This document shows, piece by piece, positions 1-11,300 of a stretch of DNA of 64,000 nt. Numbering within the stretch: position 1 is the stretch's first letter; every line of letters begins with the position of its first letter. The notes beneath the pieces are model-generated. The model saw only the letters and a program-made list of their open reading frames with translations. It ran no database searches and was not told the DNA's origin. This DNA comes from Octopus sinensis (Eukaryota), in NCBI RefSeq assembly GCF_006345805.1, contig NC_043003.1, forward strand, positions 90,272,001 through 90,336,000. Direction: 5' to 3'. The position numbers and the translations under genes were made by a program.

Positions 1-1372
1 CTGGATCAGGTGATGAAAGTTATGGAGTGAGTCATAGCCCAACTAATTAGGGATAGAATTAGCTAAGATGAGATTCAGTTAGGTTTTGTGCCAGGGAGAA
101 GCACTACTGATGCTATATTTCTGGTGAGGCAACTGCAGGAGAAATACATAGCCAATATAAACCTCTGTATTTGGCCTTTGTTGACTTGGAGAAAGCTTTT
201 GACAGGGTTCCCTGATCCCTTATCTGGTGGTCAATGTGGAAACTAGGGTGTGGTTGGTGAAAGCTGTATGAGCTATGTATAGTGATGCTACCAGTAAGGC
301 GAGGGTTGGCAAGGAATACAACGAATAATTCAGGGTACAAGTAGGGATTCACCAAGGATTGGTGCTCAGCCCCCTTTTTTTTATTGTAGTCCTCCAGGCA
401 ATAACAGAGGAATTCAAGACAGGCTACCCCTGGGAGCTCTTCTAAGTTGATGACCTTGCTCTTATAGCTGAATCATTACCTGAACTGGAGAAGTTCCAGA
501 TATTGAAGTAAGGTCTAGAATCAAAGTATTTTAGAGTTAACCTAGCAAAAACCAAAGTCTTAATATATAGGATGACAGACAAATCACAAATCCCTTCAGG
601 TAGATGGCCCTGCTCAAGTTGTAGAAAAGGTGTAGGTAGAAACTCCATAAGCTGCACTCACAAAAGGTGCAACAATATTAGAGGAATGTTAACAGGGAAA
701 CTAGCTTTTGTATGTGGAAGATGCACAGGTACAATAAATGCTGAAAATGTACAGAAAATAGACTCCATCAACTGCCAGTTAGAGGTAGTAGATAGCTTCC
801 ATTATCTAGGTGACTAAGTGAGTAGTGGATGTAGATGTTCTGAGAGCATAGCTGTGAGAATAAGATTAGGCTGGGCAAAGTTCAGAGAGCTCCTACCCCT
901 GCTGACAACAAAGGCCACTCTCTCAAAGTGAATGGCAGATTGTTTGATGCCTTTGTGTGAACAGCTATGCTGCATGGCAGTGAAACATGGGCTGAGACAG
1001 CTGAGGACATGCCTAGGCTTGAAAGAAATTAAGCCAGCATGCTTCACTGGATGTGCAATATCAATGTGCATATTTGACAGAGTGTAAGCATCTTGAGAGA
1101 AAATTTAGGCATGAAAGGCATCAGATTTGGTGTGCAAGAGAGACGACTGTGTTGGTATGGTCATGTGATGCATATGGATGAGGACAGCTGTATAACAAAG
1201 TGCCAATCTCTAAATGTGGAGGGAACTTGAACTTGTAGTAGAGGCAGACCCAGGAAAATATGGGATGAGGTGGTGAAGCATGATCTTCAAACTTCGAGCC
1301 TCACAGAGGCAATGACAAGTGACCGAGACCTTTGGTGATATACTGTGCTTGAGAGGACCCGTCAAGCCAAGA
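1..1372 (+). mobile_element. RTE-clade LINE, 5'-truncated and decayed (RT domain to 3' end)
   Basis: Manual translation gives GFVPGRSTTDAIFLVRQLQEKY, AFVDLEKAFDRVP and LEVVDSFHYLGD. Downstream RTE C-terminal motifs include RLCWYGHV and GRPRKIWDEVV. Multiple stops and frameshifts. Confidence 0.85.
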
Positions 1373-1399
1373 GCACTTGTACTGGTGGCCATCATTCAT

Positions 1400-1905
1400 G
1401 CAGACACATTTCTCTCCAATGACATCATGAGTCTCTCTCACACACTATCTTACAACATGAAATACCTCAAGTCTTTGGTCCTCATGACGCAGAACATTGG
1501 CAATTTTTTTCTTATCTGCGTCCCCTCTGGCTAAATAGACCTGTCTCCTAGCTTCCCTTCTGGCAGTCTGATACAATTCCCTGCTACCATCGTTCTTCCA
1601 GTCCTTCCAAGCCTGTTTCTTTACCATAATGGCCCTGTCAACTACATTGTTCCACCACCACGTTACCTTGGGTCGAGAAGGGACTTTGCACCATCCACAG
1701 ATCTGGTCAGTGGCCCTCAACAGGTTGTCCCATAGAAACTTCCAGTTGTCTTCCACATCATGTGATGCTATATCTCCCTCTATTTCATCAAAAGCTTCAA
1801 GTAATACATCTCTAAATCTCTGTCCATTCACAGGCTCCTTGAGCTTCCAGACCCTTCTCCTCCATGCTGGTCATCTTCTGGGCATCCATTGAGCCATGAT
1901 CCTGA
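1400..1905 (-). mobile_element. RTE-clade LINE fragment (linker between endonuclease and RT)
   Basis: ORF 1445-1831 contains KVTWWWNNVVDRAIMVKKQAWKDWK...YQTARREARRQV, typical of the RTE post-endonuclease region; same family as 36600-37560. Confidence 0.8.
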
Positions 1906-2108
1906 AGTTGTTAACTATTAATCTATGTTATGGGGTGCAGTCTTCACCTGTCTCTATATATCTATATATATATATATCTCACTTGTTGACCAAAGAAGAA
2001 AGATTTACTAGATAATTATAATTCTTTAAAACTGTTTCATGAAAATATGAACAAATTTTTTTTGTTGGCATTTTATGACATTGTTTTCTTAAATTTTCTC
2101 ATTAACAG

Positions 2109-3227
2109 TTATCACTGGATACAACCTACTTCAACCGTTTTGTATGGGTGTGGCCAAACTGGGATGTGAAGAACAATAACCAGAAATTCAAGAGTGCAGT
2201 TGCATTTTTTGGGGTGACAAATGAAAAACATGGTAATAAACCTGCAGCCAATTGCTTTTGTTTGAGTCATTCGAAGAGCAAAATAAAAACTTGTTATCTG
2301 GAATCAAGAGAAACTGTGATTATCTCTGATAAAATGTGTAATACAAAAAAACAAATATACTTTGAGAAAATTCAAGAAGACCTAGCTTTGAAGTTACTAA
2401 AACAGGGCAGGCTGATTAGAAAACAAGAGAATATTGTACTAGACATTGATGAAGAATATATCGGTTATGAAACCCCTTTTGCTTCACTTCGAGCTACAGG
2501 TTTGACCATAGCTGATATAATGTCTATAAACAGAGAGATACAGCAAATAATATGCCCAAAAGTAATGAGAAATGAAATAGAAGCAGACAGTGTTTTGTCT
2601 AAGATAATCTTTGAAATTTCCAAACGACGACGGCATTTTTGTATGAAAAAGAAGCCAGAAAATTGTTCAAAATTTCCCATGAGCCACAATTTCTCATCTG
2701 TTATACATATGTTTACTAGACCTTTGTCATCGCTGTCTCCTGCCCTGTCTTGTAAGAAAAAAGTTGCTACAAAGTATTTAGAAAAATTTGCTTTAAAGTT
2801 AGCATCATTGAAAGAGAAACAGTTAATTGCCATACGTGAAGTTGGCTTTTGTTTTATTCCATTTCTTAAGACACTTTATTGGGAAAATAACTTTCAGCTT
2901 TGTCTTGGTGGAAGTGTTTTAAATAGCAGTATTCACCATCTTCATTCTCTGCCACAACAAGAAGTCTTTTCCCGTATTAAATTCTTTCAGAAATTCATGT
3001 CTGAAGCTAAGTTCCGACCAAGATTTATAACTCTGGTAAGGTCAATTCGAAATGGTTTTGCACTTCGTAATTACTTTCATAAAATTGAGCAAGAAATTCT
3101 CTCCAGTTTTCAGGTTTTTCACTCTAAACTAGATATTCAGTATAACAGTAATTTACTTGGTGGCAAAATTGGTTGGCCTAAACGTCATTCACAGAATGCT
3201 GGTCCAACTTTACCCCACAAAAGCTAA
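2109..3227 (+). CDS. Large terminal coding exon of a host gene, probably UPF0489 (C5orf22-like) family
   Basis: Splice acceptor ttttctcattaacag ends at 2108. An uninterrupted frame LSLDTTYFNRFVWVWPNWD... runs to TAA at 3225-3227 (about 372 codons), with no repeat character. Motifs FNRFVWVWPNW and IVLDIDEEYIGYETPF resemble the W-x-x-P-x-W and LDID motifs of UPF0489 proteins (recalled, not searched). Upstream exons were not found in the window. Confidence 0.65.
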   Translation, partial: LSLDTTYFNRFVWVWPNWDVKNNNQKFKSAVAFFGVTNEKHGNKPAANCFCLSHSKSKIKTCYLESRETVIISDKMCNTKKQIYFEKIQEDLALKLLKQGRLIRKQENIVLDIDEEYIGYETPFASLRATGLTIADIMSINREIQQIICPKVMRNEIEADSVLSKIIFEISKRRRHFCMKKKPENCSKFPMSHNFSSVIHMFTRPLSSLSPALSCKKKVATKYLEKFALKLASLKEKQLIAIREVGFCFIPFLKTLYWENNFQLCLGGSVLNSSIHHLHSLPQQEVFSRIKFFQKFMSEAKFRPRFITLVRSIRNGFALRNYFHKIEQEILSSFQVFHSKLDIQYNSNLLGGKIGWPKRHSQNAGPTLPHKS

Positions 3228-3663
3228 ATTGGATATATGAGCAATGCATAAATGCATTTCTATTTGTTGAGAAAATTTTGCTTAGTTTGTGATTCAATTT
3301 AATTTTTCATTGATTTGGCTACAGAAATATTGGTACACTTTTTGAACAAATTACATTTTTTGTTAAGGTTTAGACAAAACATCTTGGTTTTTCATGATTC
3401 ATCATCTCCCAATCTTTGTTCACTCCAAACATTATATGACTGATTAGCTTAAAAGCCACACTCTGTGCAGACATTTATGCTAGCTCCTGTGGAGAACTAA
3501 TTGTACCTGTGACCCAAAACTAAAAAGAGCAATAATAATAAAGCATTTATTGATACCTTACTGATATGGTATTACCCTACTAATATGGTATTACTTGAAA
3601 TTCAATTTAAATAAAAAAAACTTGTAAGTTCACAAATTTTTGGAGTTCTTTTAAATTTTCAAC

Positions 3664-3972
3664 TGTTATCGTTAGGCCTAACTCATCGTAAAGTCAATAC
3701 CACCATGACTGATATCCAAGAAGGCTAGCCACTGGATTTGGTTAAAAAGAGACGATGAGCGATGGCTAGAAGTATATTGAGTTCTTCATAACCAGCTGAT
3801 CTAGCAAGCGGGGCCTCATATCAGTGAGGGGGGCCAGTGCGCATTGATGCTGTCGAGAGGTAGGCCCCGAAACAGCGTGCATTCTCTCCTGATGACCCCA
3901 TACACTTGCTAGCTTCCGATATACGGAGCTTTTAACTGGTAGCACTTGCATGTGCAAGTTGTTTGCAAGACA
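3664..3972 (+). mobile_element. Short 3'-end copy of the HERO-type element (end of ORF plus 3' UTR), directly upstream of the long copy
   Basis: Near-identical to about 5099-5412 (ttatcgttaggcctaactca...gtttgcaagaca), with a small deletion and a few substitutions. Confidence 0.9.
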
Positions 3973-5412
3973 TCTAAGACCTTGTGGTAGGTAACCACTG
4001 ACAAACCGGAAAAACGGTTAGGCATCTTGGAAAGACAAGAGGACTGCTCGGAAAGACCAGTGGACAATAGGAAAGACTATCGACACCAGGAAAGACTGGC
4101 GGAGGCTGCGGACTTACGATCCTCGCCTCTGTATTTTATTGTAACAGAAATAACAGGAAATGACAGCCCCATGATTGACCGAGAGGGGGGAGTCGAGAAT
4201 CAATCAAACCCAGTCAGCACGGGAATGACCTTGGAAACAAACATGATTATTCATTCGAACAGCGAACGAAATGCAAACAACTTTGGATGCAAGCTGTGCT
4301 GTAGAACCTTTGCAACTGAGAGAGGCTTGAAGATACATCAGGGAAAGATTTGTGAGAAGAGGACAGAGCAGTGTGGATCGTCAGATCGTAAAACACGTGG
4401 CAAATCATCCCCGGACTCAAACCACAGTGGATCGATAAATGCTACAGCAGAGAACTCTTCATGTGATGAAACTACAAGTCATGAAACTGGTGCATCAGAT
4501 AATACTCAGAGGAAACCGAGGGTTTTGTGGCCTGCTGCTAATGAGAAAGTGAAATATAAAGAGTTTGAAAACAAGGTTTGTCGGGCTCTTTATAAAATGA
4601 CAGGCTCTACAGTGGAGAAACTGGGAAAATTATCAAGCTCAATATATGATATAGGAAAAGATTTATTTGGAATAAAAGAGAATATCCGACTAGAGAAAGG
4701 AAAGTGTGGACCAAGCAGGAGGATCAGAAAAATGCAGCAGTTGAGGAAGGAAAAATCCGACTTAAGAAAGCGATGGAGATGTGCTGCACTAGATGAGAAA
4801 AATGAAAAGTGGAACGGCTATTGGGAGGTAACTGCAGATTTACCTGGGTGCCAGGTTTTCTTTCCCATCCCAGTTTCGAAAAAACCAGATATTTTGATGT
4901 GGTGTGAAAGAAAGAAAGTTGTAAATATAGTCGAGCTAACGGTTCCTCACGAAGATAATATGGACGCTGCTCGAGCTCGAAAATTAAACCGTTATGAAAA
5001 CCTCCTCGAGGAATGTGAAGGCGCAGGCTGGAAAGCAGAACATTTTCCTATCGAAGTCGGATGTAGAGGGTTTGTAGGACACAGCGTGAGACGACTGTTG
5101 TTATCGTTAGGCCTAACTCATCATAAAGTCAATACCACCATGACTGATATCCGATCTACAGTGGAGAAGGCTAGCCACTGGATTTGGTTAAAAAGAGACG
5201 ATGAGCGATGGCTAGAAGTATATTGAGTTCTTCATAACCAGCTGATCTAGCAAGCGGGGCCTCATATCAGTGAGGGGGGTGCATTGATGCCGTTGAGAGG
5301 TAGGCCCCGAAACGGCGCACATTCTCTCCTGATGACCCCATACACTTGCTAGCTTCCGATATACGGAGCTTTTAACTGGTAGCACTTGCATGTGCAAGTT
5401 GTTTGCAAGACA
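3973..5412 (+). mobile_element. HERO-clade (R2 group, RLE-endonuclease) non-LTR retrotransposon with the RT domain deleted
   Basis: ORF 4027-5226: N-terminal C2H2 finger CKLCCRTFATERGLKIHQGKIC and the motif PRVLWPAANEK. C-terminal restriction-like endonuclease KPDILMW...VELTVPHED...RKLNRY...PIEVGCRGF, ending ASHWIWLKR as recalled for HERO elements. No RT motifs lie between them. Confidence 0.75.
4027..5226 (+). CDS. 399-codon in-frame zinc finger + RLE endonuclease ORF of the HERO-type element (no RT)
   Basis: Open frame from the ORF track; fusion point near KRWRCAALDEK|NEKWNGYWEV (about 4800). The real start is more likely the ATG at 4171 or later. Confidence 0.6.
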   Translation: MERQEDCSERPVDNRKDYRHQERLAEAADLRSSPLYFIVTEITGNDSPMIDREGGVENQSNPVSTGMTLETNMIIHSNSERNANNFGCKLCCRTFATERGLKIHQGKICEKRTEQCGSSDRKTRGKSSPDSNHSGSINATAENSSCDETTSHETGASDNTQRKPRVLWPAANEKVKYKEFENKVCRALYKMTGSTVEKLGKLSSSIYDIGKDLFGIKENIRLEKGKCGPSRRIRKMQQLRKEKSDLRKRWRCAALDEKNEKWNGYWEVTADLPGCQVFFPIPVSKKPDILMWCERKKVVNIVELTVPHEDNMDAARARKLNRYENLLEECEGAGWKAEHFPIEVGCRGFVGHSVRRLLLSLGLTHHKVNTTMTDIRSTVEKASHWIWLKRDDERWLEVY

Positions 5413-5638
5413 ACAAACCCTCATCCAAACCTGATCCCAATGCTGGGTGTTCAAGAACCAAATGAAGGGCAGATTTTCAATCCTGGCATCATCCTGATTC
5501 CAAAAAAGGTATATTATGTCTATGTAGAGCAAATTTAGACTGAGATACAGGGGTCCTGGACAGATGGACAGATAGAATTATATGTTTATTATTATAGATA
5601 AACAGCAAATATCCATAATGAAGTTATTTTACTAATAA

Positions 5639-7484
5639 CACTGGTCACCAGCCAATCTTCATCAGGGATATTATATGGTGTTTTATATGTAGTTTTGTCC
5701 GCAGATTTCAAAAATGTAATCGGTTTCCTTCTATCAGGCACAGTTTTACTGATGAGATAAGAAAGGTATATAACTCCCATTAGCTGTATCGCTACACGTA
5801 AACGTCTTGTACAGGTAAATTCTGACTTTGTCAAGGCTTTGCAAGAACAGTCCTGATATACTTTGTCATGTCTGTGGTTCATTTACCACCAAAGCTCAGC
5901 AACGTGCCATCACAAGTGAAATCAAGAAGATCTGCCAGTTATACTTTGGCTGCTCTCTCGGGGAACAAGATAAGAGTTGGGCCCAGCACATCATCTGCTC
6001 AGTTTGTCCAAATGGACTAAGGGATTGGCTAAATAAGAGGAAGAGAGCAATGCCATTTGCAATACCTATGATATGGAGAGAGCCAAAGGATCATTTCTTG
6101 GACTGTTATTTCTGCAACATTAATGTATGTGTGTTTACTGTAAAGACCAAGCATAAGATTGTGTATCCCAACTTGGAATCAGCAAGAAGACTAGTACCAC
6201 ACAACGATGATGATCTTATTCCAATACCACCAGAAAATGGCCTTCAGATGTCTGACGAAGATGTATTTCCTGAAGAAAATATTACTGCTGTCGAAGACCC
6301 CAAAGTGGGTGCAGATTTCACGATTGCAAATGAAGATGTACCACAGAAATTTTCTCAAGGAGAGTTAAATGATTTAGTTAGAGAATTGTCATTGTTGAAG
6401 GATAAAGCTGAACTATTAGCCTACAAGTAAAGTGTCTGCTTAAGAAAGATGTTTGTATTACTCATTTCAGGAAGAGAAATAGGGGTCTGACTTCATGCTT
6501 CTCTGTTGATGGACCACTTTGTTATTGTTGCTTTTTATGCCTATAGGACAGTCGTGCAACTAACAAGCACTCAGAGTGGCCTTTGCCAAAATCATATGAG
6601 CCAAGAGTTTCTAGCGTCCAGAGTAAGCCACTTTTAAACCCAGAAAATGTTCTTCTTCTCCCTCTTCACATAAAGCTTGGCCTCGTGAAACAATTCGTGA
6701 AGACACTTGCCAAGAAAAGCTCAAAAGGTTTTGAATACGTGAAGGCTAAATTTCCAAAAATCACCGAGGCAAAACTGAAGGAGGACGTATTCATAGGTCC
6801 GCAGATAAAAGAACTCCTGAAGGACAACCACTTCTTCACAGCACTGGATGAGATTGAGCTTAAAGCCTGGGAATCCTTCAAATGGCTCTGTGAAAATTTC
6901 CCAGGCAACAAGAGATCTCTCGAATTTAGAAATGGAGTGAAATGTCTTCTAGACTCCTACGCTGCAATGGGCTGTTGGATGTCACTAAAAGTCCATTTCC
7001 TTGATTCACATCTGGACTTTTCTGCAGTGAACCTTGGAGAAGTGTCTGATGAGCAAGGGGAATGCTTTCCTCAAGATATTGCATCGATGGAACAACAATA
7101 TCAAGGATTTGGGAATGCAGAAATGCTAGCTGACTACTGTTGGATGTTATACAAGGATGAACCTGAGACAAAACACAATAGAAAGTCCAAATCCCAAAGA
7201 TTTTAAGTTGTTATGCATTTTAGTGTATTCTAACTTATTTGTACACAATAATTTTAATTTTGTACAATAAAAAGCCATGAAATTATCGTATCTTGTATTC
7301 AATATACTTTATATAGACATGCTTTACGTATCCTATAAGTGAAAACAGCAGGTATTATTAACATGAAAATGTGACCTGATAGAGGAAATCGGACTTCAGA
7401 TTCGTAATCAGCATCAAAAATTAACCCAGAAAAGTCAATCAGCAACTCTGATGATTAAAAAAAGTTTCATTTTGTTGACCAGTG
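5639..7484 (+). mobile_element. Chapaev3-type (CMC superfamily) DNA transposon, internally deleted
   Basis: TIRs CACTGGTCACCA (5639) and TGTTGACCAGTG (ends 7484), flanked by a TAA duplication (5636-5638, 7485-7487). Transposase motifs CKNSPDILCHVCG, WREPKDHFLDCYFC, LPLHIKLGLVKQF, SLKVHFLDSHLD and SDEQGECF in ORFs 5828-6430 and 6583-7206. Confidence 0.8.
5828..7206 (+). pseudogene. Disrupted Chapaev3-type transposase
   Basis: Frameshift near 6425 and an internal deletion near 6530 joining LCYC to CFLCL; start codon appears mutated (TTG). Confidence 0.75.
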
Positions 7485-7924
7485 TAATTATACTTGTCAT
7501 ACTCACTTTCATTGAAAGCTTCTAATAAATTAGTTGTCTCTGGTGTTTTGAAATAAACTTATATCTTTCATCTATATTTATGTGTTAATTTGTTAATTTT
7601 ATTGACTTGGAGAGAATCAGGTTAGGGCTAAAAGGAATAAAAAGGAAGAATTGAATCCAGGTTAAAGTCATGGCTAGCTGGGTGTTTAGCTTTTTACTTG
7701 TCAGTGCTTGCTATTACATTCAATTAGTAAAATTGAATTATTATTGTTGAAGTAATTTTTGCTAAGATATTGGTTTATTGTAGTTTCCATCATTGTTGGT
7801 GGCAGTGGTGATAGTAGTGGTGGTGGTGATGGTGGCAGCATTGGTGTTGATGGCAGCGGTGGTGTTGGTGTCAGTGGCAGTGGCATCATTGTCAGCATTT
7901 TAACATCCATTTTTCTATACTTGC

Positions 7925-8110
7925 ATGTGTTGGATGAAGTTTATTGAGGCAGATTTTCTGCAGCCAGAAGTCTGTCATGTCACCAACTCTCACCTGTTTC
8001 CAAGCAAGGTAATATTTCTCCTTGTTCAGACAAGTTTTCACAGAAGACTGGAAATGAATAACATTGTTTATATGACTGAAAATCATTTTAGAACTATCAT
8101 GCGATGTTGA
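7925..8110 (-). repeat. Decayed RTE-associated short repeat (3'-end/SINE-like family)
   Basis: Shares gcagattttct...gtcaccaactctcacctgtttccaagcaagg with copies at about 39850-40050, 51100-51400 and 55860-56030. Confidence 0.55.
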
Positions 8111-8221
8111 GACGAGGAGAAACAAATATGCACACACTCGCATGCATGCATGCACACATAAACACACATGCAGAGACAGTCAGATGGATGGATGCATGCA
8201 CACGCAGATGCACAGATGAAT

Positions 8222-8226
8222 GGACG

Positions 8227-8271
<45 letters not shown>

Positions 8272-8280
8272 ATAGATAGC

Positions 8281-8335
<55 letters not shown>

Positions 8336-8336
8336 C
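8222..8336. repeat. (GACA)n/(GATA)n microsatellite
   Basis: Direct reading of the tandem tetranucleotides. Confidence 0.95.
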
Positions 8337-11300
8337 TTCTTTATTAGCCACACAGGTTCGAACACAGTGGGGACAAATACAATGAAGAGTTTTTCTTTTT
8401 GAGGTGGGCAAAAACAAAACAAAAAGAAAAATAGGGTCAACGATCAAAAGGGATCGAAATCATTTGGGATATACAAAAGTAGAAATAGTACAAAAACAAA
8501 CAAAACGTAGTTTCCAAAGTGGGGAGGTTTATCCGTGGGAAGAAAAACCTATGAAAAGACCATGGTAAACTTAGGCAATAATGCTGTGCAAAAAACACAT
8601 TTACAGTTAGTAACTCTCTTTTTCCTTTGTTTTTCTGGTTCTTATGCTCAAGGTGGCTCCATTATTTACATGTGCCATCCTTGCTACATTCATCCCTCTT
8701 TTATTGAAGCATTCACTAAACAAAACTTCCCTCCCTACTTTCACCTTGCTTTTCAAGTGATACTTGAAGAAGTTGATGAGATATACATGCTTGTCACCTC
8801 CGGTCAACCTTTTAGGGACAGCTTCCTCTCGGCCCATTGCGGAAGAGAGTGGCCACCCTACTCATTACCTCATCCCAGTTCTTCTCTGTTTGGAGATCTG
8901 GACCAAACCAGACCCCAAGCAACTTGACTGGACCATCGGTCCAGCGTCCCATGACAGAGGTGCTGCTGGATGGCATAGGCTTGCTTCTCCAGGTGCCAAG
9001 TCACAAGCCCACTGACATTTCCTGGTTGATTTTTGCTCCCGTTACCACTTCGTAGTCTTTTAGAGTCTTGCTGACCAGCTCGTGGTCATGGCTAGACACT
9101 ATGACAGTGATGTTGTCTGCGTATGCAGACACATTCTTCCCACATCCCAATTCTAGCAGGGTGTCCCTCAGCATTGCCAGCTTCCGCAGTAGAGGCTCGA
9201 GAGTCAATATGTACAGAAGCAACAAGAGGGGGCATCCCTGACAGACCAAATGTGCAATGTTGAAAGGTCTTGATAGATGTCTATTCACACGAATTACCAA
9301 ATGGATGCTTCTGTACAAGGATGCTTCTGCGAAAGACAGGACCGAAATCAGCCGCTATGAGAACAGTCTCCAAGTATCGGTGGTCTACCCTATAGAAAGC
9401 TTTGGATTGATCCAAATTGATCAGGGCCCCACCCATGCCAGGTTCCTTACCTACCCTGTCTATGATGTAGTGCATCAAATGGAGGTTGTCATGGATGTTT
9501 CGGCCTGGCACAGTGCATGTTTGTACCTTGTCGACCAATTTCTTGATGACAGGCGCCAACCTCTTGGCCAAAATTTTCAAATCTGCATTGAGCAGAGTGG
9601 TGGGCCTAAAGTTATCTATTATGTCCCCCTTGTTTGGATCTTTCTTCAGCAGCATTATGGCTCCTTGGCTCATAAAATCGGGGATGCTCCCGTTTTTCTG
9701 CCAGTTGCAGTACACCGCTGCCAAGACATCTCCAAACAAGTCTGACATACAACTGTAAAGCTCATAGGGTAGACCATCCAAACCCGGTGATTTGTCCCTC
9801 AAGCATTCTGCTATCATGTCCCACACTACCGCTGCTGTGATGGCACCTTTGCAACACTCTGTCTCTCTTGTCAAGAGTTGTGGCAGATTGTGCAGGTAGG
9901 CACTGAAATCCACCCTGCGTTCTCGCTCACCACTCATCCCGAACAGTCAGGCAAAATGCTGTTGAAAGGCCTCACACATTTTACTTGGCTTGAGGAATTC
10001 GCACCCCTGTTCATCTACCAGAGACCAAATGATGGCCTTGTTGCTCTGTTGCGCCTGTGTCACCTGGGCCTCTTGCACAGCTCCAACACCTTTGTTCCTT
10101 AGAGCACGTATCCTAGCCCTGACAACACACCTTTCATGTTTGGTGTTGAAGTGTTGGTCGATGGTCAACCTTGCCACCAAAACCTCAGATGAGATGCCAC
10201 TTCTAATCACCTCTTTTAGCTTCTTAAATAGGTCACCCTCTACTCTGTTTCTATCTATGGCTAGTGCTTTCTATACCTAATTGCTTCTGCTTTTATTGCT
10301 CTCTTGAGGGCAAACCACCATTTGTTGTTGATGATGGCTCCATCAAAGCCATCTTTACTAGCAAGCTAAGTCTAGCATACACATCACAAGTTTGTGATCC
10401 ATGTAGCTGACTATCTGGAATTGTGGACACCCTATGCTATCTCTATCTACTGTCCTACACAGCATCCTATCTAGATACAATCTCGACAACCCGATGCAGT
10501 TGCTCCATGTCCACATTGGTGCATTTGGGTGGTCAAGTCAGTACCTGTTGGACAGTTGAAAGCATTTGCATCTCCGTCTATTCCTATCTCTGCCTACGTA
10601 GTCTAGATGCATGTCCAAAGGTAGCATTCCAATCCCCCACTAAAGTAAAAGATGAGACATTTCTAGGAGTACTTCTAGATGTTGAAAGAAATCCGGCCGA
10701 CCTATTAAAGCGGCGCGTAGACTGATACAAGTCGAAAAGTGCACCCATTGCTGCCGTTGACATCCAGGACAACCAGTCTACCCTCCGGGTCTATGAATAT
10801 TGTCTTTACTTCGAAATCCAGACTCTTCCAAAAAAGTACTGCCATGCCACTACTGCCCGTTCTTGGCAGACAGGGAGAAAAATAAATGTTAATCTGTCTG
10901 CCAAACATAGACTTTAGGGTTCATAGATTATGGAGTCTGGTCTCACTTATGGCTATGATTTCTAATTCATGTGACTTTAAGAGGTACCCTTGTTTCCAAG
11001 GGGACCCCAAGCCAAACGCATTCACACAACCAACCTTGATCATAATCCTAATAATATGTGTGTGTGAAAATTTTTTGTGTCTCCACCTTTGGTTTTTCCT
11101 TGAGGAGATTGCTATAAAGGTTTTTGGAAGAGTGCTTCTGGCATCTTCCAATCGCATCGGGGTAAATGGATTTTAGTGTGTGATGCACAGTTGGTGTGAT
11201 GTGCAATATTTTAATGTGTTCTGGTGGTGTTGCGTATGGGTGGTTGCTTGTTTTTATGTCTTTTTGTGTCAGGTTTGTTTTTGTGTTGATGTATTTCATC

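Noticed and set aside
5413-5510. Short unique segment with exon-like open frames on both strands
   Set aside because: Strand is ambiguous, phase does not fit the candidate gene chain, and no family was recognised.
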